DNA from: Nannocystis pusilla
Lineage (GTDB): Bacteria; Myxococcota_A; Polyangia; Nannocystales; Nannocystaceae
Reading direction: 5' to 3'
Length of the DNA stretch: 64,000 nt
Assembly: GCF_020073745.1 (NCBI RefSeq)
Contig: NZ_JAIRAU010000002.1
Coordinates: 17,694 to 81,693, forward strand
Under the pieces are notes generated by a model, which saw only the letters and a list, made by a program, of their open reading frames with translations, had not been told where the DNA came from and did no database searches. Position 1 is the stretch's first letter. Each line of letters opens with the position of its first letter. Position numbers and translations under genes: made by a program. Below, piece by piece: positions 55,951-64,000 of this stretch.

Positions 55951-57720
55951 TCAGGCGGCCGAGGCGACGCCGAGGCTGCGCGCGAGGGCGCGGGCGACGG
56001 CGAGCGGGCGGCCCTTGAACACGCGGACGTAAGGAATGGCGCTGGCCCGGGCGGCGCGGGCCAGGATCCCGTCGATGTTGTGGGCCTGGAAGCCGGTGGC
56101 GATGAGCACGTAGTCGTAGCTGTGGCGCGAGATGCTCTCGCACTGGGCCTGGACCTTGCGGGCGTTGCCGTCGCACCAGGTGATGTCGAGGCCGAGCGAC
56201 TCCTCGAGCTTGGACTTGAGATCGGGGTCCTCGCGGTTGCTGACGAACAGGACCCGCTTGCCCTCGACCTTGGGCCGGACCTGGGCGACGAGGTGCGCGC
56301 CCGGATCGTCGACGTCGTCGGTCTCCTCCTCGAGGTCGCCGTCGCCTTCGGACGGCAGCACGCCGAGCTCGCCGCGCTTGAGCACGTCGTGCAGGCCGGT
56401 GAGGCGGCGACGCAGGCGGCGATCCTCGAACAGGTCGGGCCGCAGGGCGTCGATGCGCGGCCGGATCGGCTGGACCAGCGAGGCGACCTCGGGCGTGTTG
56501 TGGGCGTCGAAGGCCCGCTGCAAGAAGGCGAGCAGGGCCTCGTCGTCGAAGCTGTCGGCGGCCGCCAGCGCGTCGCGTTCGGCCCGCACGGCCGCCTGTT
56601 GCTGGCGCACCTGATCGGCGGAGGGACCGGTGCGGGCCCGCTCCGGCGGGGGGATGAACTCGGGGTCGAGCCAGCGGCGGAGCAGCGGCAGACGCTCGCC
56701 GAGGCGCCCCGCGAGCCAGCGCAGGCGACCCATGACGGCGCCCCAGGTCTCGGGGTCCTCGGCGGCGATGAAGCGACGGATCTCGCGCAGCGCCTGGGCG
56801 TGCTTGAGCAGCGCGTCGAGCTGCTCGTTGGGCAGCTCCTCGGGCGGCGTGGTGAGGTGGCGCGGCGGCGGGTCGGTGACGTTGCCGGCGATGGCCTCGA
56901 TGGCCCGCTGGGCCTCACGCAAGAGCGTGCGCGGCGGGCCCGGCGGGGTCTTGCGCGCGCGATCGGCCCAGCCGTAATCGTCGACCGGGACCTCGCTGGT
57001 CAGCGCCCGATCCTTGTGGTTCTGCACGAACTCGTGGGCCTCGGCCCAGGTCTTCGGCGCGTGCAGGGTCTTGAGCCCGAGCTCGGTGACCACGCACGCG
57101 GGCACGGCGTTCATCTGCAGCGCCTGCACCGAACCCGGCCACAAGGTCTTGCTCAGGTTGGTCAGCTCGTGGGCGATGCGCCGCACCAGCACGGTGATCT
57201 TGTGCTCGCCCTGGAACTGCTCGTCGAAGCTGCGCGCGCGCGAGATCCAGGCCAGCATGTAGACCTTTTGGTAGCGCGGGGACATGAGCGCGAAGTCGGG
57301 GCGCATGTCCTGGATGTCCTTGAGGATCTCTTCCAGCGTCTCGCGCGCCTCGGCGACCGCCGCCGCAGGATAGGTGGGCAGCTGAATTCGGCCGACGATC
57401 GGGCTGCGCGGCTGCTCGGGCTCGGGCGAGGCGGCAGCAGGCGGGGCGGAGATAGGTTCGGTGGATACGGAGGGCGGGACCGGCGCCGCGGGCGGGCGCG
57501 CTGGCTCCTGGAGGCCGTCGCGGAAGCGATCGAAGAGCTGACGCGCCGCCGCCGAGGGGAACATCTGCGTCAGCGCGTCTTCGAGGGCGCTGTCGCGGTC
57601 GGGTCCGCGGCCGAGCCAGCGCTCCGCGTCGCGCCAGATCAGCACCTCGGTCCACTGATGGGTATACATCGCGTGGCGATAGCCGCTGTCCGCGAGAAAC
57701 TTGGGTAGCCCGTCGTGCAT
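55951..57720 (-). CDS. Hypothetical protein (589 aa)
   Basis: Long ORF with high GC3. The C-terminal KRVLFVSNR...YDYVLIATGF...IPYVRV region is reminiscent of DUF2325-like domains. Function unknown. Confidence 0.5.
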   Translation of the reverse strand: MHDGLPKFLADSGYRHAMYTHQWTEVLIWRDAERWLGRGPDRDSALEDALTQMFPSAAARQLFDRFRDGLQEPARPPAAPVPPSVSTEPISAPPAAASPEPEQPRSPIVGRIQLPTYPAAAVAEARETLEEILKDIQDMRPDFALMSPRYQKVYMLAWISRARSFDEQFQGEHKITVLVRRIAHELTNLSKTLWPGSVQALQMNAVPACVVTELGLKTLHAPKTWAEAHEFVQNHKDRALTSEVPVDDYGWADRARKTPPGPPRTLLREAQRAIEAIAGNVTDPPPRHLTTPPEELPNEQLDALLKHAQALREIRRFIAAEDPETWGAVMGRLRWLAGRLGERLPLLRRWLDPEFIPPPERARTGPSADQVRQQQAAVRAERDALAAADSFDDEALLAFLQRAFDAHNTPEVASLVQPIRPRIDALRPDLFEDRRLRRRLTGLHDVLKRGELGVLPSEGDGDLEEETDDVDDPGAHLVAQVRPKVEGKRVLFVSNREDPDLKSKLEESLGLDITWCDGNARKVQAQCESISRHSYDYVLIATGFQAHNIDGILARAARASAIPYVRVFKGRPLAVARALARSLGVASAA

Positions 57721-57900
57721 CGCCCGTTACGCTAGTCTTTTCGCGCTGCTGCTGCAACGAAGGGGCAAAATGCCGCGCGCGGCCCGAGGTCCGCGCGGGC
57801 AGGGTGAGGGCCTGCCCCGGCGGAGGCTGTTCAGCGCCGCGCGCGCCGCGAGGACGCCGTTCGCCGCCCTCGCAATCGGACCTGAACCGCGTGCCGCGGC

Positions 57901-58680
57901 TCAGGTGCCGAGGACCGAGCCGCCGTCGACGCTCAAAGTGGCGCCGGTGATGAAGCTCGACTTCTCGTCGGCGAGGAAGAGGTAGGCGCGAGCGATGTCG
58001 TCGGGCTGACCCGCGCGGCCGACCGGGGTGTGCTCGATCATCGACTTCAGGACCTTCTCCGGGATGCTCTCCACCATCGACGTGGCGACGAAACCCGGGG
58101 CGACGACGTTGGCGGTGATGCCGTAGCGGCCGAGCTCGCGCGCCCATACGCGCGTCATGCCGATCACGCCGGCCTTGGCGGCGACGTAGTTGGTCTGGCC
58201 GAAGTTGCCGTAGAGGGCGACGACCGAGCTGGTGCTGACGATGCGGCCGTACTTCTGGGCGATCATGGTCGGGACGACCGCCTGGGTGCAGTTGAACACG
58301 CCCTTGAGGCAGACATCGAGGACGAACTGGAACTGCTCGGCGCTCATCTGGCCGACCACCTGTCCGTCCTTGACCTTGACCAGCTGGCCGTCGCGGACGA
58401 CCCCGGCGTTGTTGATGAGGACGTCGATGCGGCCGAACCGCTCGACCACGGCGGCGGCCGCGGCGGCGCAGTCCTCGGGCTTGCTGACGTCGACCTTGCG
58501 GGCGATGGCGACGCCGCCGGCGGCGGTGATCGCGGACACGACCTCCTCGGCTGCCTGTTCGGCCAGGTCCCACACGGCGACGGCGTAGCCGGCGTCGGCG
58601 AGCATGCGAGCGGTGGCGCGGCCGATGCCGTTGCCGCCGCCGGTGACGATGGCGATCCGCGGTGAATTGGTGCTTGTCAT
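57901..58680 (-). CDS. fabG: SDR family 3-oxoacyl-ACP reductase (FabG-like)
   Basis: IAIVTGGGNGIGRA (TGxxxGxG), NNAG, YVAAKAGV (YxxxK). Divergent from the ACP-led lipid cluster. Confidence 0.85.
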   Translation of the reverse strand: MTSTNSPRIAIVTGGGNGIGRATARMLADAGYAVAVWDLAEQAAEEVVSAITAAGGVAIARKVDVSKPEDCAAAAAAVVERFGRIDVLINNAGVVRDGQLVKVKDGQVVGQMSAEQFQFVLDVCLKGVFNCTQAVVPTMIAQKYGRIVSTSSVVALYGNFGQTNYVAAKAGVIGMTRVWARELGRYGITANVVAPGFVATSMVESIPEKVLKSMIEHTPVGRAGQPDDIARAYLFLADEKSSFITGATLSVDGGSVLGT

Positions 58681-58853
58681 GGGGCGGCGAGGGTACCGAG
58701 AGGCGCTCGGAGCCGCCTGCACCAAGAGCCAGCCCGAAGATGTGAGCTTGCGCCGTGTCGGTGGGGCAAAGCACGCTCCGCTCGGGTGTCCACGGAGGGG
58801 GAAGGGCGAGGCTTGTCGGCTCCCGGGCGATCCCCGTAGGATGCGCCGACCCC

Positions 58854-59144
58854 ATGACAGATGCCGCCCCGCCCGACGCGCTGGTCCGCGAGATCAAGGA
58901 GCTCATCATCGAGGCCCTGATGCTGCAGGACATGACCCCCGAGGACATCGACCCCGAGGCGCCGCTGCTGGTCGAGGGGCTGGGCCTCGACTCGATCGAC
59001 GTGCTCGAGCTGGCGATGGCGATCGGCAAGAAGTACGGGGTCAAGACCAAGGCCGACGACGCGCAGAACCGGCACATCTTCGCCAGCGTGACCAACCTGG
59101 CCCGCTTCGTCGCCGAGCAGCGGGCGGCCGCGGCGGCGAGCTGA
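58854..59144 (+). CDS. Acyl carrier protein
   Basis: LGLDSIDVLELAMAIGKKYG, with the DSI/DSL phosphopantetheine-attachment serine. ~96 aa. Confidence 0.75.
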   Translation: MTDAAPPDALVREIKELIIEALMLQDMTPEDIDPEAPLLVEGLGLDSIDVLELAMAIGKKYGVKTKADDAQNRHIFASVTNLARFVAEQRAAAAAS

Positions 59145-59156
59145 GAACCGGCGGCC

Positions 59157-59810
59157 GTGATGGCGGACCCTGACGGCAAGCCGCAGCGGGCCGCGGGGGT
59201 CCCGAGGTGGCTCCCGGCGGTGCTGCGTTCGCTGCTGGTCGGCGGCTACCCGCTGGTGGTGTACCTCGGCATGACGCGCTGGAGCCCGCGCACGCTGGCG
59301 CTGGTGCTCGCCTGCGCGCTGCTGCCGGGGCTCGTGCTGCGCCTGCGCGAGGCCCGGCGCGAGGACCTGTGGCCGGTGCTGCGGGTGCCGCTGTCGCTCC
59401 TCGGGCTGTTCGCGGCGGCGGCGCTGTCGGGCGAGCAGCGGCTGTTCATGGCCCTGCCGGTGCTGGTCAACCTGGGGCTTTTGGCCAACTTCGCGGCGAG
59501 CCTGCGCGGGCCGGCGTCGCTGGTCGAGCGGTTCGCGCGGCTGCAGGAGCCCGAGCTGCCGCCCGGCGGGCCGGCGTACTGTCGCAAGGTCACGGTGGTC
59601 TGGTGCGGGTTCTTCGTCGCCAACGCGGCCGCCAGCGCCGCGCTCGCGCTGTGGGCCCCGGTGTCCTGGTGGACGCTGTACACCGGACTTTTGGCGTACC
59701 TGCTGATCGGGGTAATGTTCACCGTCGAGTACGTCGTCCGCAAGGCGACCTTCCGCCGGTTCGGCGACGCGTTGCCCGACCGCCTGCTCCGCCGTCTGCT
59801 CCGCGCATGA
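59157..59810 (+). CDS. Integral membrane protein (possibly COG4648-like, as found in aryl-polyene clusters)
   Basis: Five or six TM helices. Sits between the ACP and AMP-ligase genes. Its stop overlaps the next gene's start (ATGA). Confidence 0.45.
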   Translation: MMADPDGKPQRAAGVPRWLPAVLRSLLVGGYPLVVYLGMTRWSPRTLALVLACALLPGLVLRLREARREDLWPVLRVPLSLLGLFAAAALSGEQRLFMALPVLVNLGLLANFAASLRGPASLVERFARLQEPELPPGGPAYCRKVTVVWCGFFVANAAASAALALWAPVSWWTLYTGLLAYLLIGVMFTVEYVVRKATFRRFGDALPDRLLRRLLRA

Positions 59811-61633
59811 GGTCCTTCGTCCCGCTCGTCTACACCGATCCCGCGGCGCGCGTCGCCGTCGGCGAGGCCGGCCCGCGCAGCGCGGGCGAGCTGATGCGCG
59901 ACGCGAGCCTCGTCGCCGAGCGCCTGCCGCCGGCGCGGCCCGGCAGCGAGGTGCTGGTGGTCTGCGGCGACCGCTATCACCTGGCGGTCACGGCCCTGGG
60001 CGCGTGGCTGCGCGGCCACGCGGTCGCGCTGCCGCCGAACGCCCAGCCGGCGGCGGTGCGCGAGCTGGCGGGGCGGCCCGACGTGGTGGCGCTGATCCAC
60101 GACTCCGACCTGGCCGACGCCCAGGACGTCCGCGAGTGGCTCTCGGGACATGCTCTCGGGGTCATGGCCGATCCGACATGGCCCGAAGCGCTACCGGCGG
60201 ACCGGCGGCTGGCGGTCGTGTACACCTCGGGCAGCACCGGCGACCACCAGCCGTGCGCCAAGACGGCCGGGCAATTGCTCGGCGAGGCGCAGGCGCTGGC
60301 GGCCACGTTCGCGCTGGCGGCCGGCGAGGTGGCGCTGGCGACGGTGCCGCCGTACCACCTCTACGGGCTGCTGTTCGGGGTGCTGGCGCCGCTGGCCGCG
60401 GGGGCGGCGTTCGCCCGCGAGACGCCGCTGCACGCCGAGACGGTGGCGAGGGCGGCGCGCGAGGTCGGGGCGACGGTGCTGGTCAGCACGCCGGCGCACC
60501 TGCGCGGGCTGACGGTGCTGCAGCGCGGCGACCTGCCGCCGCTGCGGCGGGTGTTCTCGTCGGGCGCGCCGCTGCCGCGGGCGACCGCGGACGAGCTGCT
60601 GGCCCAGCTCGGGCTGGCGGTGACCGAGGTGTACGGCTCGTCGGAGACCGGCGGGATCGGCTGGCGGCGGCACGAACAAGTCTTGGGGGACATGTCCCCG
60701 GAGCCAGCCTGGACGCCGCTGCCGGGGGTCGCGGTCGAGGTCGCGGCCGAGGGGCGGCTGCTGCTGCGCTCGCCGTTCCTGGCCCCCGACGCGCCGTCGC
60801 CGTACCCGTGCGAGGACCGGGCCCTGCTCGACGCGCGCGGCGGGTTTCACCTGCGCGGGCGGCTCGACGGGGTGGTGAAGGTCGCCGGCAAGCGAGTGGC
60901 CGTGGCGGAGGTCGAGCAGCGGCTGCTGGCGCTGCCGGCCGTGGCCGACGCGGCGGTGGTGGCGACCGAGACGCCGGGCGCCCGCGGGCACGAATTGATG
61001 GCCGCGGTGGTGGCCCGCGATTCGGGGCGCGACGCCGGCGAGCTGGTGGCCGAGCTGCGGCGGGGGCTGCTCCCGTGGTTCGACCCGGTGGTGGTGCCGC
61101 GGCGGATCAAGGTGGTGCCGGCGCTGCCGCGCGAGCCCAACGGCAAGCTGACGAAGCGGCGCCTGCACGCGCTGCTCGGGCTGACGGCGGAGGAGCCGGC
61201 CGAGGCGGAGCGCGGCGGATCGGTCGCGGCCGCGGACGCGAGCGGGGCTGCGGGGGACTCGGCGGGCGCGGCTGTGATCGGGTTCGAGGTCCGTGGGCAC
61301 GTGCGGCGCGAGGCGGGCGACGCGGCGGTGCACGAGGTCGAGGTCGGGGTGCCGGTCGACCTGGCGTTCTTCCGCGGGCACTTCGACGGCGCGCCGGTGC
61401 TGCCCGGCGTGGCGCAGCTGACGGCCCTGGTGGTGCCGCAGGTGGCGGCGCTGCGGCCCGAGCTGGGGCGGCTGCGGCAGGCGGCGCGGCTGAAGTTCAC
61501 CCGGCCGATCGCGCCGGGCGACGCGCTGGTGCTGCGGCTCGAGGTGCGGGGGACGAGCGTCCGCTTCTCGCTGGCCCGCGCGGGCGAGGTGGTCACCGCC
61601 GGGGCGCTCGAGTACGAGGCGCGCGGTGACTGA
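59807..61633 (+). CDS. AMP-dependent synthetase/ligase fused to a C-terminal FabZ/FabA-type hotdog dehydratase domain
   Basis: AMP-binding motifs YTSGSTGDHQP, SSGAPL, YGSSETG, GKRVAVAEVEQ, PREPNGKL. C-terminal FFRGHFDGAPVLPGVAQL is the FabZ signature. The ATG at 59807 is translationally coupled. Confidence 0.8.
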   Translation: MRSFVPLVYTDPAARVAVGEAGPRSAGELMRDASLVAERLPPARPGSEVLVVCGDRYHLAVTALGAWLRGHAVALPPNAQPAAVRELAGRPDVVALIHDSDLADAQDVREWLSGHALGVMADPTWPEALPADRRLAVVYTSGSTGDHQPCAKTAGQLLGEAQALAATFALAAGEVALATVPPYHLYGLLFGVLAPLAAGAAFARETPLHAETVARAAREVGATVLVSTPAHLRGLTVLQRGDLPPLRRVFSSGAPLPRATADELLAQLGLAVTEVYGSSETGGIGWRRHEQVLGDMSPEPAWTPLPGVAVEVAAEGRLLLRSPFLAPDAPSPYPCEDRALLDARGGFHLRGRLDGVVKVAGKRVAVAEVEQRLLALPAVADAAVVATETPGARGHELMAAVVARDSGRDAGELVAELRRGLLPWFDPVVVPRRIKVVPALPREPNGKLTKRRLHALLGLTAEEPAEAERGGSVAAADASGAAGDSAGAAVIGFEVRGHVRREAGDAAVHEVEVGVPVDLAFFRGHFDGAPVLPGVAQLTALVVPQVAALRPELGRLRQAARLKFTRPIAPGDALVLRLEVRGTSVRFSLARAGEVVTAGALEYEARGD

Positions 61634-62459
61634 GATGTCCGCAGGGACAGGTGAGAACGAGGTGTCCGGAGGGGCAGGTGAGATGTCCGGCGGGACAGGT
61701 CCGTTCCGGCCGTGCGCGCTGATCCCGACCTACGACAACCCGCGGACGGTGCGCGACGTGGTGCTGCGGGTCAAGGCGCACCTGCCCGACGTGGTCGTGA
61801 TCGACGACGGCAGCGGCGAGGCGGGGCGGCAGGCGGTCGCGGCCCTGGGGGCCGAGGGGCTGGCGCACGTGCGCCGGCGGGCGCAAAACGGCGGCAAGGG
61901 GGCGGCGGTCAAGACCGGGTTCCAGTTCGCGCGCGAGCTCGGCTACACCCACGCGCTGCAGGTCGACGCCGACGGGCAACATGACCTCGGGGACATCCCG
62001 AAATTCCTGGCGACCGCGCGCGAGCGGCCGGACGCGCTGATCCTCGGGGCGCCGGTGTACGACGCGTCGGCGCCGAAGGGGCGGCTGGTCGCCCGCAAGA
62101 TCACGCTGTTCTGGACCGACTTCGAGGCCGGCCGCGGGGTCATCACCGATCCGATGTGCGGCTTCCGGGTCTACCCGCTGGACCCCGCGCTGGCGCTCGG
62201 ACGCACCGGCGACCGCATGGACTTCGACATCGAGGTGGCGGTGCGCCTGGTGTGGGCCGGGGTGCCGGTGATCAACCTGCCGACGAAGGTCCGCTACATC
62301 GGCCGCGACGAGGGCGGGGTGTCGCACTTCCGCGTGTTCGGCGACAACCTCAAGATCTCGTGGCTGCACACCCGGCTGTCGTTCCAGCGGGTGATGGTGC
62401 GGCCGTGGATCAAGCTGTGGCGGCGCCTGCGGCGGCCGGCGCTGCCGGCTGGGCGCTGA
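61626..62459 (+). CDS. Family 2 glycosyltransferase
   Basis: CALIPTYDNPRTV...VVVIDDGSGE (DxD)...QVDADGQHD. The first ~19 codons (MTEMSAGTGENEVSGGAGEMSGG) are encoded by 7-nt-periodic repeats, so the real start may be the ATG at 61680. Confidence 0.8.
   Translation: MTEMSAGTGENEVSGGAGEMSGGTGPFRPCALIPTYDNPRTVRDVVLRVKAHLPDVVVIDDGSGEAGRQAVAALGAEGLAHVRRRAQNGGKGAAVKTGFQFARELGYTHALQVDADGQHDLGDIPKFLATARERPDALILGAPVYDASAPKGRLVARKITLFWTDFEAGRGVITDPMCGFRVYPLDPALALGRTGDRMDFDIEVAVRLVWAGVPVINLPTKVRYIGRDEGGVSHFRVFGDNLKISWLHTRLSFQRVMVRPWIKLWRRLRRPALPAGR
61630..61705. repeat. 7-nt-periodic repeat block overlapping the ligase stop and GT2 start
   Basis: gatgtcc gcaggga caggtga gaacgag gtgtccg gagggg caggtga gatgtcc ggcggga caggtcc. 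A 21-nt super-unit GATGTCCGSMGGGACAGGTSM occurs twice. Confidence 0.7.
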
Positions 62460-62462
62460 GCG

Positions 62463-62535
62463 AGAGGACAGGTTCGATCGGCCATGGCGGAAGAGGCAGG
62501 TTCGGAGGGACATGTCCCGGCGGTCAGGCCCGAGG
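62463..62535. repeat. Five contiguous 14-nt units of the repeat family at the GT2/acyltransferase junction
   Basis: gaggACAGGTTCGA / tcggCCATGGCGGA / agagGCAGGTTCGG / agggACATGTCCCG / gcggTCAGGCCCGA. Confidence 0.8.
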
Positions 62536-63509
62536 CGAGCGGCGCGGCGACCGGGGGCGCGGGCGAGCGGTCCGGCAGCGCGGCGTCGGCTGTCCCGGCG
62601 GTCAGGTCCGACGAGGGCGACCGGGCGTGGATGACCCGGCCCGAGCGCGGGACGGTGCTGGGGATCCGGGCGACGCTGCTGTTCTGCCGGGTGTTCGGCC
62701 GCCGCGGCGCCGGGGTGCTGCTGGCGGTGATCACGTTCTACTACGCGCTGTTCGCCGGCAAGGCGCGGCGGGCCTCGCAGGACTACCTGCGGCGGATCGG
62801 CCAGCCGCACGGGTTCTGGGCCGGCTGGCGCCACATCTACACGTTCGCCCGCTGCGCGCTCGACCGCGTGTTCCTGGTCCGCGGCGAGACCGGGCGGTTC
62901 CGCATCACCCACACCGGCATCGAGCACCTGCGGGCGCTGCAGGCCGAGGGGAAGGGGGCGCTGCTGCTCGGGGCGCACCTCGGCTCGTTCGAGGCGATGC
63001 GGGCCAGCAGCGTCGACAAGCGGATCCCGATCCACATCCTCGCGTACTGGCAGAACGCGAAGATGATCAACGACTTCCTGCGCACGGTGCAGGCCGACTT
63101 CGACGTGCGGGTGATCCCGATCGACCCGCGCGACACGAGCTACATCCTGACGGCGAAGGAGGCGATCGAGCGCGGGGAGCTGGTGGCGGTGCTCGGCGAC
63201 CGGGTCGGGGTCAACGACAAGACCTGCACGGCCGAATTCCTCGGCGCCCCGGCGCGCTTCCCGACCGGGCCCTATACCCTCGCGGCGCTGCTAAAGTGCC
63301 CGATTTACTTGACTTTCGGTCTTTATCACGGGCCCGACCGCTACGATCTTTATTGCGAGCCCTTCGCCGAACAATTAGAACTGCCCCGGGGCCGCCGCGA
63401 GGCCGCCACCGCCGCCCATGTCCAGCGCTACGCCGAACGCCTCGAGCACTACTGCCGCCTCGCGCCGCTCAACTGGTTCAACTTCTACGAGTTCTGGAGG
63501 GCGGAGTGA
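62484..63509 (+). CDS. LpxL/HtrB-like lysophospholipid / lipid A acyltransferase
   Basis: HLGSFEA (HxGxxE motif of the lauroyl acyltransferase family) and membrane-interacting N-terminal region ITFYYALF. The 5' end overlaps the 14-nt repeat array; an alternative start is the ATG at 62631. Confidence 0.6.
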   Translation: MAEEAGSEGHVPAVRPEASGAATGGAGERSGSAASAVPAVRSDEGDRAWMTRPERGTVLGIRATLLFCRVFGRRGAGVLLAVITFYYALFAGKARRASQDYLRRIGQPHGFWAGWRHIYTFARCALDRVFLVRGETGRFRITHTGIEHLRALQAEGKGALLLGAHLGSFEAMRASSVDKRIPIHILAYWQNAKMINDFLRTVQADFDVRVIPIDPRDTSYILTAKEAIERGELVAVLGDRVGVNDKTCTAEFLGAPARFPTGPYTLAALLKCPIYLTFGLYHGPDRYDLYCEPFAEQLELPRGRREAATAAHVQRYAERLEHYCRLAPLNWFNFYEFWRAE

Positions 63510-64000
63510 GTAGCGCGCGGGTGCTGCTCGTCGGCCCGCAAGGGCTCGGCCTCGGGGACGTCGTCGAGCTGGCCGAAGGGACAGCTTTTCCGGCGCTCGA
63601 CGACGCGCCGGAGTACCGGGCGCTGCTGGCCCGCGGCGCCGATCACCTGGCGCGCCGGCTGGCGTCGGGCGAGGTGGTGTACGGGGTGACGACCGGGTTC
63701 GGCGACTCGTGCGAGACGGCGGTGCCGGCCGAGCACGTGGCGGCGATGCCGGTCAACCTGATGCGCTTTCACGGCTGCGGCACCGGGCGGATCCTCGACG
63801 AGGTCGAGGCGGCGGCGGTGGTGGCGGTGCGCCTGGTGGCGCTGGCGCGCGGCTGGTCGGGCGTGCGCGTCGAGGTGCTCGAGCGGCTGTGCGACCTGCT
63901 CCGGCACCGCCTGTTGCCGCGGATCCCGGCCGAGGGCTCGGTCGGGGCCAGCGGCGACCTGACGCCGCTGTCGTACGTGGTCGCGGCGCTGGTCGGCGAG
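63507..64000 (+). CDS. MIO-dependent aromatic amino acid ammonia-lyase (HAL/TAL/PAL family), 5' partial; continues past the window end
   Basis: GVTTGFGDS and the MIO-forming tripeptide ASG in GSVGASGDLTPLSYV. The GTG start overlaps the upstream stop (GTGA). Confidence 0.8.

Noticed and set aside
59207-59806. N-terminal 200-aa extension of the ligase ORF (track ORF 59207..61633)
   Set aside because: The extension overlaps the upstream membrane-protein gene in another frame and is Ala/Arg-rich. The conserved ligase sequence starts at the ATG at 59807, which overlaps the upstream stop.

Overview
This is 64 kb of very high-GC chromosome, about 70% GC. The coding style and the two Hanks-type Ser/Thr kinase genes suggest Myxococcota, but that is an inference. 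I could not make a confident call for any rRNA, tRNA, CRISPR array or IS/transposase.

Gene content from left to right:
- Two eukaryotic-like Ser/Thr kinases, then several lipoproteins and membrane proteins and an S41 peptidase.
- An eight-gene translationally coupled minus-strand operon (18021 to 8864) that looks like an undescribed RiPP-type peptide-modification system. In transcription order it encodes an acidic 103-aa candidate precursor, a B12-binding radical SAM enzyme, a DUF692/MNIO-like TIM-barrel oxidase with a partner protein, a TPR protein, a cupin/JmjC plus HExxH fusion, a TldD/PmbA-like peptidase and a GNAT acetyltransferase.
- An SPFH/band-7 operon.
- An NRPS cluster: an MbtH-like protein, a cyclic-peptide-type ABC exporter, and a 5769-aa five-module NRPS (A-T, C-A-T-E, C-A-T, C-A-T, C-A-T-E). 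The NRPS has large internal near-identical module duplications and no TE domain. A Tat-dependent multicopper oxidase lies just upstream of it.
- A lipoprotein, a Zn-ribbon/Pro-rich membrane protein, a two-unit M16 zinc peptidase, and a divergent LysR regulator / epoxide hydrolase pair.
- The start of an aryl-polyene-like lipid cluster: FabG, ACP, a membrane protein, an AMP-ligase fused to a FabZ-type dehydratase, a GT2 glycosyltransferase, an LpxL-like acyltransferase and a MIO ammonia-lyase.

The main unexplained DNA-level structure is a dispersed family of 14-nt-periodic repeats, with the strictly 14-periodic copies between 49376 and 62535 and related decamer copies back to 47400. Each unit is a CATG-core palindromic decamer (consensus GGACATGTCC) followed by a 4-nt spacer that is often GAAA or GAAG. 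Copies sit in intergenic regions and at gene 5' ends, and two lie in-frame inside two unrelated genes as near-identical ~42-nt blocks. A separate 53-68 bp tandem repeat array fills a divergent intergenic region at 48540-48900.
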